A stretch of 64,000 nucleotides of DNA from the NCBI RefSeq assembly GCF_004010195.1, contig NC_057718.1, forward strand, positions 85,153,136 to 85,217,135. The letters run 5' to 3'. A model generated the notes under the pieces. The model was not told the DNA's origin. It saw nothing but the letters and a program-made list of their open reading frames with translations, and made no database searches. The position numbers and the translations under genes are program-made. The DNA is from Chiloscyllium plagiosum (Eukaryota). Of this stretch, positions 27,115-41,503 are shown in pieces (within the stretch, counting starts at the first letter, position 1; every line of letters starts with the position of its first letter).

Positions 27115-28640
27115 AGTCAGAGTCATACATCATGTAAACAGACTCTTCGGTCTAATTCATCCATGCTGACCAGCTTTCCCAAACTAAACTAGTCCCATTT
27201 ACCTGTATTCCAAACATGTATCTGTCCAAATGTAGTAACTGTACCTGCATCTACCACTTCTTCTGACAGTTCAATCTATATATACATCACCCTGTGTGAA
27301 GTAGTTGCCTCTTGAGTCCCTTTCAAATCTTTCCTCTCTCACCTTAAAACTATGCCCTCTAGTTTTGAACCAGCCTACCCTAGGGATAAGGCCTTTGCTA
27401 TTCACCTTATCTATGACCCTCATGATTTTTAAAATCTCTATAAGGTCACTCCTCAGCCTCTGACACTCAAGTGAACAAAGTTCCAGCCCCTCCCCATAGC
27501 ACAAAGCCTCTACTCCTATTAACATCCTTGTAGATCTTTTCTGCACACTTTTTAATGTAATAATGCCCTTCCTATAGCAGGCCAACCAGAACTGTGTGAA
27601 GTACTCCAAAAGTGGTTTCATTCACATCCTGTATAGTTGCAACATAACATCCCAACTCTAATAATCAATGCTCTGAGCAATGAAGGCAAGCGTGCCAAAT
27701 GTCTTCTTCACTACCTTATTTACCTGTGATACCATTTTCAACGAACTATGTACCTTAACCCCAAGGTCTCTCTCTGACAACAATCCCCAAGGCCCTCCAA
27801 TTAGCAGTACATATTGTGTTCTTGTTTGTCCTACCAAAATGAAACACCCCGACCTCGCATTGATCTAAATGAAACTCCATCTACCACTCATCAGGCATTT
27901 GACTCAGTTCATGAAGATCCCATTGTAATCTTAGATAACCTTCTTCAGTGTCAAACATACTATAAATTTTGGTGTCTTCCATGAAACTATGACCCATCAT
28001 CGATCCCGACGGAACACCACCGGTCGCACGCCTCCAGTCTGAAAAACACCCCTCTCCCATCACCTCTGCCTCCTATCATAAAACCAATTTTGTATCCAAT
28101 TGGCTGGCTTTCCCTATGATATAACTTTACTAACCAGTCTACCATGCGGAATCTTGTTAAAGGCCTTTCTAGAGTTCATGTAATCAATTTCAAGGGCTTT
28201 GCCCTCATTTATCTTCTTGGTCGTGTCTTCAAAAAACAAAATCAAGTTTGTGAGAGAATTTCCCACACACAAAACCATGTTGACTATCCCTAAGCAGTCC
28301 TTGTCTCTCCCAATGTACATAGATCCTATCTCTCAGACTCCCCTTCAACAACTTAGCCATCATTAATATCAGACTCACTGGTCTATCGCTCCCAGGCTTT
28401 TTCTTGCAGCCTCTTAAATAAAGGCATAATGTTAGCTAACCTATAAGTCTTCTGGCACCTCACCCACGATTGTAGATGATACAAAATCTCTGTTAGGGGA
28501 CGTGCAATCTCTTCCCTAGCTTCCCACAATGTCCTGGGATATACCTGATCAGGTCCTAGAGACCGGTCTACTTTTATGCTTTTTAAGACCTTGAGCACCT
28601 CCTCAACTTTATCGCAGACTGTTTACAATAGATCACTATT
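27115..28640 (-). mobile_element. Degraded CR1 LINE (RT region)
   Basis: PDQVYPRTLWEAREEI, KAFNKIPHGRL, PLLEY motifs in broken ORFs. Confidence 0.85.
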
Positions 28641-29567
28641 TATTCCCAAGTTCACTAGCCCAGGTTGACACTCTAGTGCATTACTGACACAGTGTGAAAC
28701 TTTATCAACATCTGAATTGGCAGTAAGAGTAGTCATTCAGCTCCATAAGCCTTCTCCACCATTTAATAATATCATGGTAACCTCAAATCAACATTCTCAC
28801 CTGATTAATTTTCATACCTTTGCTTAACAAAAATCTATTTAGCTCTGTCTTTAAAAAAAAATCAAGGACTCTGCTTCTATCCCCTTTCAGGAAGAAAGTT
28901 TCAAACACTCGTAATCTTTCGACAGAAAGAAAAGTGTCTCATCTGTTTTAATTGGGTGACCTCTGATGTTTAAATCTCCCATGACAGGAAACACCCTCTC
29001 CACATCTACCCCATCAAGACCCACTAGGATTTTACATTTTACAATGAAATTGCCTCTTACTCTAAGAGCTCCAGCAGGAACAAACCTAAGCTGTCAAGCC
29101 CATTCCGGGTATTTGTCTAGTAAACCTTTTTTGAAGTGTCTCCAACACACTTATAGATTATTTTGCTCATCAACTTGTTCAGAGACATTATTACACACCT
29201 TTGTAGCAGGTGCGACTGGAACCTGGGCTACTTGGCTTAGAGATAGCAACACTATCATAGCACCAAAAGGGCCCTATTCCAACGCATTTATACATTTCCT
29301 TAAATCAGGTAACCAATACTGTTCACAGTACTACAGATGTGGTCTGATCAGTGCCTTATATAACTGAAGCATAACAATCCAACTTTGGTATTCAATTCCC
29401 CTCATAATAAATGATAACATTCTATTAGCTTTCCTCATTACTAGCTTTACCTGCAAACAAATCTTTTACAAATCATGCACAAAGACACCCAGATCTTTCT
29501 CCATCTCACAGCTCTGCAATTTCTCACCATTTAATAATATGCTTCTTTTATATTTTCCCTGCCAAAC

Positions 29568-30214
29568 TGTCACAAAGCTAGTCTTTTTTTTCTAAAAGCT
29601 ATACCTTGACTCAAGGATACTCTGTCCTTGATTTTTCAGAGGGGTAATAAACCAGGCCAGACTCCGATCAGACTGTTTTGGTAATGAGATGTAAAGGATT
29701 TTGAGAGGCCTTTGGTTTAATATGTAAACTGATGACACTTCAGGCCTATATCGTCATGGTTTAGAAATGACCCTGTAGAATGAAAAAGGGAGTGGTCAGC
29801 TTGAGCTGAATGGTTTAGTTCAGTGCAGAACTGCTTAGGAGTTCAACAGTGAGCTGTGTGGAAACTCTCTCTTCTGCCCTTCTAAACTTTAAGCTGTAAG
29901 CATCTGACCCTTTTTTAATACTGTAATAAGGGGGGGGGCGGGGTTACTTATTGGGACAGTTGTGTATATTCGGTTCATGCATACTTAAGTCTCGTTTGGA
30001 TAGACTGAGTCCTGTAGAGGTTCTTTATTCTGTTCTTCATGTTTCATTGTGTAATTTTGTGAATAAATTTTTTGTCTGTTTTAAACCTGGTAGTCAACCT
30101 TGCTAACTTAATCCAGGTAATTTTCACTGTACACTTAGCGAAACAAATTGCAGAAGTTATGGTCTGAGCTGTCTGCTTAAGAATGTTTTGAGTGGTCTGG
30201 CCTAGTCCATAACA
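29568..30214 (+). mobile_element. Solo LTR (647 bp)
   Basis: TGTCAC...CATAACA termini, AAAC/AAAT flanks, AATAAA near 30062, interrupts a CR1 relic. Confidence 0.7.
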
Positions 30215-30632
30215 AAATGGACAAGTTCACATTGTCCTACATTATATTTAATTGACACATCTCTGTCTAGTCACAGCTTATTTATTATTGCATTGTAGCT
30301 TCTTTATGTCCTCTTCACAACTGACTTTCCTATCTTTTGGAGTTTACCACCCTTCAAATGAAACCCTGTTCGCCTTGACCATTGAGTGTAGATGGTGGTC
30401 TAATTAAGGTATTTAACACAATCAAACAACTGAACATGGTAGGTAGAGAAAATTTCTCTACGTACTGAATTCAGAGTAAGAGAGCATAACCCTAACATTA
30501 GGATTAGGCCATATGTCAGGAAACCATGGTTCACAAAAAGGGTAGTGGGAATGTGGAGAAGTAATTGAGGCAAGGCCAACTGAAAACTTCAAGACAGTGA
30601 TTGATAATCAGATATGGGTAAAATAAGGTTAG

Positions 30633-30860
30633 AAGTGAGTAAGGACTGCAGATGCTGGAGATCAGAGTGTGGTGCTGGAAAAGCACAGCAGGTCCTGAGG
30701 AAGGGCTGATGCCCAAAACATCAATTCTCCTTCTCAAGGGATGCTGCCTGACCTGCTGTGCTTTTCCAGCTGGCAGCTTCCAAGGTGCAGGAGAATCGAT
30801 GTTTCGGGCATCAGCCCTTCATCAGGACCGGCTGTGCTTTTCCAGTACCACACTCTCGAC
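30633..30860. mobile_element. Compound Penelope terminal-repeat fold-back element
   Basis: Same repeat family; CTGAGGA-AGGGCTGATGCCC on + and CTGATGA-AGGGCTGATGCCC-GAAAC on -. Confidence 0.7.
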
Positions 30861-31169
30861 TAAAACAGGATTACAAAATTAAAGCAAATAACTTGAGTTA
30901 AGATACTGATTAGCCATTACTGAACAATACTGGAACAGACAAAACTGCCTACATAACTACTTTCTGCTACTTCATGTGCCAATTTTCACTGGGGTATTCC
31001 CTCCAATCCTGCTGCCCTCTTTGAAATTCAAATAAAAAAAGACTTCATTAAAAAAATAACTTGAATTAGATTTTAAACAAATGGTTAAACCATGCCACAG
31101 TGCATCTTACAGGTGCATCCTGGAAGACATGTGCAAGCTTGATTCAGATTCCATAACATCATAACATGT

Positions 31170-31527
31170 TGAAATAACTCCACGGACACCGGTACCCCTT
31201 CACATGTACACAATACATGCAGTCTGACCAGCTAGTCCCTAGAGTGAGTGCAATCTAAGACCCATGTTTATTTTTTTTTCCTCTTATTTTTAGAACCTCT
31301 GATACACCATTTTTAAAAATTCTCTTGTTTTGTTTTTTACACCCCACTCTACCGCCTAACTGCAGTAGTGCTTACTTTCCCCCCGTGCCCATGTTGTGTG
31401 CGTGCAGGTGAAGACCCATGTTTATACAGGTCAGCCAGGATTCCCCAATTGGCCCAGGTCAACCACCCCAAAACAGGAAATTGTATTCAATAAGATCCAT
31501 CTGGCCAACGTTGTTCCAATCACTATA
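31170..31527 (-). mobile_element. Solo LTR of the Gypsy family seen at 49581-52577, with a nested poly(A) retro-insertion
   Basis: Aligns by eye with the LTRs at 49581-49796 and 52028-52577; CATGT/CATGC flanks; internal insert bounded by 15-bp TSD AAGACCCATGTTTAT at 31257-31271 and 31411-31425. Confidence 0.75.
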
Positions 31528-33099
31528 CATGCAAAAAGTAAATCTACAGCCTCCATGAAGCAGAAGAATATACTGAATGCAAAACTGACAAAGATATAAA
31601 CCTAATTCTCCAAATTTCTAAATGAAGTAGCAGGCCAACTGCACCACTCAGTTCCTCCTTGAATGTTTTGCTTTCCTCAACACACTTGTGAAAACCACAG
31701 ATGATTTTGAATTGCAGAAACAGAATCGCAGAATTAAAACAGCACAGAAGGAATGGTTCATTGTGCCTGGCTCTACAATTGACCACCTAGTGCCATTCTC
31801 CTCCCAATACTCCTGCACTTCCTTTTCAGATAGCAAAGAAATTCTCTTTTCAATGCCTCAACAGAACCAGCCGCACACCTGCTCATAAAATAAAGTGAAT
31901 CATTTGAGTGTGGTGACCCGTTCAATAACATTCTTGCCCTAAAATGGAGAAGGTCAGAGTTCAAAATTTTACTTCACAGGCACAAGCAGACAATGCAGTA
32001 CTGAGGAGGAGCTATCATTCAGATCAGTGTTTAAACAGATACTAGGGTAGATGCAAAAGGTTCCATTGCATTATCTGAAAAGAAGAATTTTCTCATGGAC
32101 ATTGATGAACATTTAACATTAACCAATATCACAAAATCTTATTAACATTTGTAAGATCATGTTGCATGCAAATTGGGTGCTACTTCCTTACAATGCAAAA
32201 AAAAATACTTAATTATCTGTGAAGCAATTTAGAATGTCCCAAGGTCATGAAAGTGTTATGTAAATGTAAGGCTTCCTTTCTAGAAACTGCTCTCTAGCAT
32301 ACACCCAAAGGCACCAAGTACAATTGGAGCAACATACCATAGGGCAGCAATTAAATCAGCATAGATCAGGCCAAATGAAGTCAACATTCAGCTTTCTGTA
32401 AATTGCATGAACCAGCTCAGTCCCTGTCAACTCAAATCTAACTTGATTTCCCTAACTGTCTTATCAACCTAATAAATGAGTTAAAATTGGGGTTCAAAAT
32501 TTCAGTAAAGCATACACAGTATATTTATATAATGGGGCATTTGCAATTGTGAGAGAAGTTTTAAAAATGAAATTTAAAACAGAGGTTGAAAAGTTTTGAG
32601 AAAGTGTCTTCGGTCATTATGTTAACTTGGTGCATTAAACTGTTTCAAGATGAAAAAGAAAATAATTTCAGTTCTTTTCTCATAGCTTGCAAAACTAGAT
32701 TGAAGTACCTGCAGTTGGGGCTACAATGTTTGAAGTGTTTACATGAGATACTGGTCAATTGGTGCAAAGGTGGAGTTTATCTAATAGCGCATATAGACTT
32801 CACATCAATCCAGGCAAATATTCAGAGACAGAAAACTTTGTTAATCAGTTCAAGGATTAGAAACATGTGAATATAGCAAGCTACTGAAATAACAATATCT
32901 TCTTGAACACTAACCTCTCTTCTACATGTAAGCTTTTCTAGTCTGCAATCTACCCAAGATGAATCTCATGTGTGGTTAGTTTTGAGGCCAGAACATTTAG
33001 ACTAAGACCATTTAAGGAAATGATTCTTGTTCTTCCACTTCACAATGAATCAGCAATAGTTGCAAAAATATAGTGTCAATTTTGACAGTGGTCATAGTC

Positions 33100-33450
33100 T
33101 GTCAGTAGGTTGTGAATTCAAGCCTCACACTAGATATTTTAAAAAAAATTTAACCTATTACGCCCAGTGTAGCACTGAGGGAATGCTGAAGTGGTAGAGA
33201 TGTTGTTTATATTTAATCTGACATCAAACTGACGACCTGTTTATTTCCTCGGGTGAACACAAACATTCCAATAGTACTATTTAAAGGGGCAGGGAGTTCT
33301 TCTGCTGTCGGGCTAATATTTATCATCAGATTACCTGGTAATCTTTTCAATGCTGTATATGGAACCTTAATGAGGGAAAATTGATTGTTATGTTTCCTAC
33401 ATTATGACAGCGATGACACTTCAAAAATAAATTAGCTAATAAGCACTTGA
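33100..33450 (+). mobile_element. DeuSINE (SacSINE1-like) relic
   Basis: cagtgtagcactgagggaatgctg...gcagggagttct...aatatttatc...tttcctacattatgacagcgatgacacttcaaaa resembles the remembered consensus; similar relics near 14610-14885, 17917-18070 (-), 31955-32280 and 54020-54260 (-). Confidence 0.55.
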
Positions 33451-34479
33451 AGTCAAAATATTTTAGAGAAATTTTTATTTGGTATAAAACAAAAATGATG
33501 CCAAAATTGCAAAGAATAGTATTAGAAATGTTACAAAAGGATGGTGGTATTTAAATTTGATAAATTACCTAGATCGGACAGGATACATCTGAAGATATTG
33601 AAGAGTGAAAGTTGCAGAGGCACTGGCCATAATCTCTCACTGCACAACATACTGGCTAAAAATATTCTCCTAATGCATTTTAAGAACTCTTGAGATGTTA
33701 AAGAGTTAAATTTGCTCTGGCAACCTGTAAGAAATTGGATGCCCCAGGGGTAGGGTGATTTGTTTCTCTGTCTTGCAGGGAGAATGTAAAAATTTACATA
33801 GCCATCTCCTGCGATTCAGTGTCAGTCAATAACATTGCAGTTAAGGTTCTAACCACACCCTGCAATTTAAAAAAAAAAGATTTACATCAGATCTTGCCAT
33901 TAAGGAATGATCTAGTCCATTGTTTCTGGAAACAATCAAATCACTACATTGTCTCTTGAGTGGCATGTGATTCTGGGGGAGTGGCTGGGGGTTGTCTTGT
34001 GGACATTACTGACGGTGATATAAAATCTTGTACGAAGGAAGGACTGGGCCCTTTGTTCAGAGGGATCTCTTGACACAGCTTCGCAAGCATTGCGAAGAGC
34101 AGTAAGAGTCCTTCCAAAGCTTGTACTTGTTTAATAAATTTTGGCTGTTCACAGAAGTTGGCGTATTGCAGTTGCATCAAGTCTGTAAGAACCTCAGGAA
34201 AAAGAACCTAACACTCTGCTTCATCTGTGCCCTTACAATAATTCTATTCCAGTTAATATTACGTGGTTGGTCTCATGTTTTGTATATCTCAATTATGTGC
34301 CTTCATATGTGCCCTTCTACCTCCCTCCTTCACAATGCTTCTTAGATAAGTGAACTGGAGAATTGCAAAAATTACACGTTTGTTCAAACAATGTTCAAGT
34401 ATAAACCTAGCAGCCAGATAGTTTAATTTCATTGGTAGGAAGCCTTTAAGAATGATAATCTGGGACAAAATTAACAATC

Positions 34480-35850
34480 TTAGAGTCATACAGCATGGAA
34501 ACAGACCCTTCAGTCAAACTAGTCCATGCCAAACATAACCCTAAACTAAATGATTCTCATCTGAATGCTCCTGGCCCATATCCTTCCAAACCTTTCCTGT
34601 CATGCACTTATCCAAATGTCTTTTAAAATGCTGTAATTGTACCCACATCCACCACTTAGTCAGATGTACAGAACAGAAACAGATCCTTCGATCCAACTTG
34701 TCCACGCTGACCAGACATCCCAATCTAATCTAGTCCCATTTGCCAGCACTTGGCCCATACCCCTCTAAACACTTCCTATTCATTTACCCATCCAGATGCC
34801 TTTTTAAATGTAATTGTACCAGCCTCCTCCACTTCCTCTGGCACGTCATTCCATACACGTACCACCCTCTGCATGAAAAAATGCCCCTTAGGTCCCTTAT
34901 ATATCTTTCTCCTCTCATCCTAAACCTACGCCGTCTAGTTCTGGGCTCCCCCACTCCAGGGAAAAGACTGTCTATTTATCCTATCCATGCCCCTCATGAT
35001 TTTATAAACTTCTATGAGGTCACCCTCGGCCTTTGACGGTCCAGGGAAAAGAGCCCCAGCCTATTCAACCTCTCCTTATAACTCAAATCCTCCAATCCTG
35101 GCAACATACTTGTCAATCTTTTCTGAACCCTTTCAAGTTTTACAACATCCTTCCGATAGGAAGGAGACCAGAACTGCACACAGTGTTCCAATAGCGACCT
35201 AACCAATGTCCTGTACAGCCGCAACATGACCTCCCAACTCCTGTACTCAATACTCTGACCAACAAAGGAAAACATACCAAATGCCTTCTTCACTATCCTA
35301 TCTACTAATGACTCTACTTTCAAGGAGCTATGAACCTGCACTCCAAGGTCTCTTTGTTCAGCAACATTCTCTAGGAGCTCACCGTTAAGTGTATAAGTCC
35401 TGCTAAGATTTACTTTCCCAAAAGGCAGCAACTGCATTTATCTAAATTAAACTCCATCTGCCACTTCTCAGCCCATTGGCCCATCTGATCAAGATCCCGT
35501 TGTAATCTGAGGTAACCTTCTTCGCTGTCCACTACACCTCCAATTTTGGTGTCATCTGCAAACTTACTAACTATACCTATTGTTCATATCCAAATCATTT
35601 ATATAAATGACAAAAAGTAGTGGACCCAGAACTGATCCTTGTGGCACTCCATTGGTCATAGGCCTCCAGTCTGAAAAACAACCCTCCACCATCACCCTCT
35701 TTTACATTCTACCTTTGAGCCAGTTCTGTATCCAAATGGCTAGTTCTCCCTATATTCTATGAGATCCAACCTTGCTAACCAGTCTCCCATGGGGAACCTT
35801 GTCAAACGCCTTACTGAAGTCCATATAGATCACATCAATGGCTCTGCTCT
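34480..35850 (-). mobile_element. Stacked CR1 3' fragments
   Basis: Two CR1 tails plus RT C-terminal ORF 35012-35437 (QRDLGV, LYRTLVRSLLE). Confidence 0.85.
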
Positions 35851-36654
35851 TGGAAGTTCATTCCAGTCACGAATCACTAGCTGCAAAATATGTGTCTCAT
35901 GTCTTTTTTAAATAAATCTCCTCTCACCTTAAAGTGTCCCCTACTCTTGAAATCTCTCATCCTAGGGAAAAAGCAACTACCATTAACTCTATCTATACCT
36001 CTCATTATTTTGTAAACTTCTATCAGAAACACCTCTCAAAGGAAAGGGAAAAACAAAAACTACACTCATATTGCTGGCAAACCTGTTGACAAGGGTGGTG
36101 CTGTTCTGAGTAAGGGTCACTGCAACATAAATACTCACTCTGCTTTCTCTTCACAGATGCTGCCAGACCTGCTGAGCTTTTCCAGCAACTTCTGTTTTTG
36201 TTTTCTGCTGTTATTGTCTGGTATACCAACATTCACCCAACAGAGGCTGAACACTGACTCTCCAATACTTCATTCTCCTTTGCCCTGGACCATAACTTCA
36301 CCAATGAACATTAATCCATTGTTTACATAGCGGTCACTACCTTCATAAACACCCCCCCGCCCCCAAAATCTGCCCTTCATATCCTCCAACCTCAGAACCA
36401 AATCCTGAATAGCCACTTCTATCTCTTTCACAAGTTCCACCATCAGGACTATTCTAGCAGACTTGTCGCACCAGCCTGCTCCGGCCCAATTAAACTGACT
36501 GCATCCTAGCTTGACTATATATTTTCTCCTCTTGTTTAGTCTTTTCCTTCTTGGTCCACGATTTTTCAGATAGCTTCTGTTATTTTGAATTTCTAACTTC
36601 CAAGCTTTAACAGTCTCATCATCAAGGGTGTCCAATAAATAAAACAAAACTTGT

Positions 36655-37625
36655 TCTTGGATGTAGGCATTGTTAGGTAGATCAGCTTTTATTTCTCATT
36701 CCCAATTCCCCTCCAGAAGATCACAGTGAACTGCCTTTTTGAACTGCTGCAGGCCTTGAGGTGTAGCGACACAAGAGCTTTTAGGAAGGCAATTCCAGGA
36801 CTTTGATCCAGCGACTGAGAACAAACAGAGATAGAATTCTAAGTCAGGATGATATGTGGCTTGGAGGGGAGCGTGCAGGTGATGGTACTCCAATCCACAT
36901 GCTGCCCTTGTCCACATCAGTGTTAAAGTTCATGAGCTTGGAATGTGCTGTATAGGGAGTCTTGAGTTACTGAGGTGTATCCTGTAGGTGGTACCCAGTG
37001 CTGCCACTGTGTTACAGTGCAGAAGGAACAATGTAAACATTAGTGGATTCCATGCCATTCAAATAGGCTGATTTTTCCTGGATGGTGTCAATCTTCTTGA
37101 ATGCTATTGAAATGCTTCCATTGGGACAAGTAGAGAGTTTGCCATCACACATGACGTATGCCGTGCAGATGATGAGCAGAGACTGGGGAGACAGGAGGGG
37201 AGTTTCTTACTGAAGAATTCCTAGTCTCTAATCTTCTCTGGTATTTAGATAGATAGTTCAGTTTCTGGTCAATAGTGAGCAACCCCAGGATATTGATAGA
37301 GGGGCATTTAGCATTGGTAATAGCATTGAACATCCAAGGGCAATGGTTAGATTTTCTCCTGTTAAAGATGGTCATCGGCTAGCACTTGTATGGTGCAAAT
37401 GTTACTTGCCACTATTCAGCCTAAGTATGGATGATGTCCACGAGGTATTGTCGCATATGGCCACAGTTTCAGTATCTGAGGAACTGTGAATGGTGATCAG
37501 CATTGTTGCTAGTAACTGCACATCCCCACTTCTGACCTTGTGATGAGAGAAGGGTACTGATGAAGCAGCTGAAGATGCTTGGGCCTTCTGCAGTGATGTC
37601 CTGGAGTTTCCATCCACAGGAACAT
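36655..37625 (-). mobile_element. Degraded non-LTR retrotransposon 3' part (different family from the main CR1)
   Basis: WNCLP...PQGLQQFKKAVHCDLL and INILG..IDQKL RT C-terminal remnants; related fragments near 21200-22290 and 54270-54590. Confidence 0.6.
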
Positions 37626-37854
37626 CCATATTATTTTTACTTCTATAACCAAGTTTACGGTTTAACCATAATCTGTGCCCCATGTTGTCCTACAAATTTT
37701 GGTTACACCTCCACTGAGCTCATGCTTTTTCAAAAAAAAACTAACTTATGCCACTACCATTCTCTTTCACGATTCTCAATAACTAATTTGTCTCTTAATA
37801 TCTTCTGCCCTTTCTGATTTTCCTTTTGTTTTGTTACCTCCACCAATTGACCAG

Positions 37855-39280
37855 AGAATCATAGAGTCAGAGATATACAGCATGGAAACAAACTATTCCG
37901 TCTAATCCATCCACTCTGACCAAACATCTGATATAAATCTAGTCCCATTTGCCAGCTTTTGGCTCATATCCCTCTATTCATTTACTCATCCAGATGCCTT
38001 TTAAATGCTGTAATTGTACCAACCTCCATGACTTCCTCTGGCAGCTCATTCCACACATGCACCACCCTCAATGTGAAAAAGTTACCCTTTAGGCCCTTTT
38101 TAAAAACTTTTCCCCTCACCTTAAATCTATGCCCTCTGATTTTGGACTCCCTCCTCCCAGGGAAAGTACTTTGCCTATTTAGCCTATCCATGACCCTCAT
38201 GATTTTATAAAGCTCTAAGGTCACCCCTCAGCCTCAGACACTCCAGGGAAAACAACCCCTGCTATTCAGCCTCTCCCTATAGCTCAAACCTTCTAACCCT
38301 GGCCACATCCTTGTAACTCTTTCTGAACTCTTTCAAGTTTTACAACATCCTCACTATAGGAGGGAGACCAGAACTGCACACAATACTCCAGCAGTGGCCG
38401 AATCAATGTCCTGTACAGCTCCCAAATCCGATAATCAATGCACTGATCATTATAGGCAAGCATACCAAATGTCATCTTCACAATACTGTCAACCTGCGAA
38501 TCAAGGAACAATGAACCTGCACTCCAAGGTCTCTTCATTCAGCAACACTCCCCAGGACCTTACCATTAAGTGTATAAGTCCTGCCCTGATTTGCCTTTCC
38601 AAACTATAACACCTCACATTTATCTAATTTAAACTTTATCCGTCACTCCTCAGCCCATTGGCCATCTGATCAAGGTTGAGTTGTACTCGGAGGTAACCTT
38701 CTTTGTCCACCACACCTCCAATTTTAGTGTTATTCAAACATATTAAACTTATTAAAACATTCTAATTTTTGCCCATTTCAGATAAAAGGTGTAATATTAA
38801 ACAGGTTCCCTTCAGTCCAACTCTTTCATGCCAACCAGATATCCTAAATCAATCTAGTCCCATTTGCCAGCAGTTGGCTCATATCCCTCTAAATCCTTCC
38901 TATTCATATATCCATCCAGATGCCTTTTAAGTGTTGTAATGGTACCAGCCTCCACTACTTCCTCTGGCAGCTCATTCCACATACACACCACCCTCTGCGT
39001 GAAAAGGTTGCCCTTTGGGTCCTTTTTAAATCTTTCTCCTCTCACTCTATGTTCATACCCTCTAGTTTTGGACTCCCCCCACCCCAGGATAAAAAGACCT
39101 TCTCTATTTATCCTATTCATGCCCCTCAATTTTATAAATTTCTACAAGGTCACCCCTCAGCCTCCGACGCTCAAGGGAAAACAGCCCCAGCCTATTCTGC
39201 TTCTTCTAATAGCTCAAACCCTCCAACCCTGGCAACGTCCTTGCTAATCTTTTCTGAATGCTTTCAAGTTTCACAACATC
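37855..39280 (-). mobile_element. Two CR1 3' fragments
   Basis: RVV..WNELPEEV..AGTIT.FKRHLD in ORFs 37982-38224 and 38854-39129. Confidence 0.85.
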
Positions 39281-41260
39281 GTTCCTTTCAGAGGTATCTC
39301 TTGACATCAAGTGCATCTAGAAATCAATCAATCAGATTGAGCTTCTAGTGCCTCTTGAGGTAGAGAATTCCAAGGAGTCACAACCCTAATAAAAAACTCA
39401 TCTTGGTTCTAATTAGCTTACACCTTCATCTGAGACTGTGTCTTCCCTGATTCTAGATTTTTCCAATGAAGGGTTGGGGGAGAGGGGGCTGTTAAAGGAA
39501 AGTCCTGTTTAAATCATTTGGTTGAGGTTTTCTTGGTGAGGTAACAAAGGATACCTTGGTTGATGCTGTGTGTCTGCACTTCCAAAAAGGTATATGATTA
39601 GACAAATTGAAGCCCATGGATTAAATGGAACAGTTGCAATATGGTTACAAAGTTGATTTAGTGATGGGAACGAGCAAAAAGACTCCTCCTTCCCGCTCCA
39701 GGCCTCCCCACACAGTCTGGAGAAGGTGTACAAATGCAAATTCTCTAGTACTAGGATTGCTGCTTTTCCTAGTGTACATTAATGATCTAGGCTTTGGTGT
39801 ACAGGGCACACTTAGAAAACTTGCAGGAGACAAAACTTGTGAATCATGAGGATAGCAATAGACTTCAAGAGGATGTAAAATCGTCACAGTTCTACTGGAC
39901 AATGGGGCTGCTCTCTCATTAGAATGGTGGTTTAACCCGAGGGTTACAAAGGGAGAGGTTGAGAAGGATGGTCTTTCATGTTAACTGCAGCTGGCACAGG
40001 AATTGAGCCCTTACTGTTGGCATCATTTGCATTTCAAACCAGCTGACCCCAAAGGCTAGTGGATTGGGGAATAAAACTACTGATGAAAAAATGCAGAGAA
40101 TTGTGAAAGAATATATTTTGAAAAGAAAAATGAGGAAAGACATGCACTAAAATGATGCAATTTTAGGAGGATGGTAGTATGCACACAAATCTTTGAAGGG
40201 GGGGGCAGGTTATCAAAGCAGTCAAAAGATATTTGGACATAATAAGGCAAAATGTGCAAAAGCAAATTACCATAAAAACACTTAACTTCAACTGACTTAC
40301 TGCCTCAAAATTATGTCGAGATACTGGAGCTGTTTTATTTCCAAGAGCGTTGAAAGATGGTTTGATAGTGTTGAATACTATGAGGGAGCCAGAAAGGGTA
40401 GATAAAAAGAGACAAAGTCCACTATCACCAAGATTGAAAAGCAGGGAACACAGATGTAAAGGTGACCAACAAAAGAACGAATAATGACGAGAAAGAAACA
40501 GTTACTAAAGAAGTGATTAGGATCTAGAGTACACTGGGCAATAGCATAAAGGCAGATTCAGTTGTGGCTTTCAAAAAGGTTGCAGGGGAGTGGAATTAGC
40601 CGATTTACTCTTGCAGACAACTAGAATAGGCATGAGGCCCGAACATCCTCTTTCTATTTAACCATTCCATGATTCTTGTTAGAGTGAAGTAGAGTTTTCT
40701 TCTTAAATGTTGCGGACTAAAGATTTATTGTATGGCCAAACTAGACCAAAACCACACCCGGAAAATCCAGGCCAAACTAATGTTTGTCCCAATACAACGA
40801 ACGCCAAACTACGAAACCTAATAAGAAATGCATTAAACTGAATGGTAACATGAAGACTTGGTAAAACAATAAGGAAGCTGAAAGCATTTTACTACAGTAG
40901 TTCAAATTGCATGAATCGTTTTGAATTGGAAAAATCTAAAATTTAAAATTATAAACCACCGAACACATTGATTGATATTTAAAGTAGAATGCTTGGCAGG
41001 GTTTTTTTTTAAAAGAAAACATTTTAATCGTTTTAAAACTGATACCATGAACCCTAGGGTTTTTTTTTCCGTAGCGCGACTACATAAAACTCCTCTTATA
41101 CTCTTGCATACTTCAACTGCAACAGAGGGATACATTTCTAATGTAATGTTGTGCAAGCAGTATCAGTTAACAGTTGATAAAACGGAAGATATAACGATAC
41201 CCGGCCAGAAGAGGACGTGACTGGACTGAGTTGTCGGATTGCAGTTCAGCAATAACCCAC

Positions 41261-41503
41261 CTTGGGATCTTTCTCGTAATAATACTGCTGGGTGCGGATC
41301 CATCGCCCGACCAAGTGGTCGCGGATGGTGTGAGCCAGAGCGAAGTAGTAATCCCGAGGGGTAGCGACATTTCTGTCTTTGACCAGTGTGAAATGCAAAT
41401 GCCTGTTGAAGCTCTTCTTGAGCTCCACCACATCTCCGAGCTCGGCGATCCCCCTCACACTTATTTGCTTCCTCCTTTCGAAGTCTGTCAGCGGAGTGGC
41501 CAT
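41261..41503 (-). CDS. PYGB: Glycogen phosphorylase, brain form, coding exon 1 (81 codons)
   Basis: [81 protein letters not shown], then GTGGGT donor; 243 nt. Retains the RKQISVRG phosphorylase-kinase serine. 'LGDV' favours PYGB over PYGL/PYGM, which have 'VENV'. Confidence 0.95.

Noticed and set aside
41261..41503. PYGL or PYGM identity
   Set aside because: LGDV in exon 1 and EYMLP in exon 5 fit PYGB better; a phylogeny would be needed for certainty.
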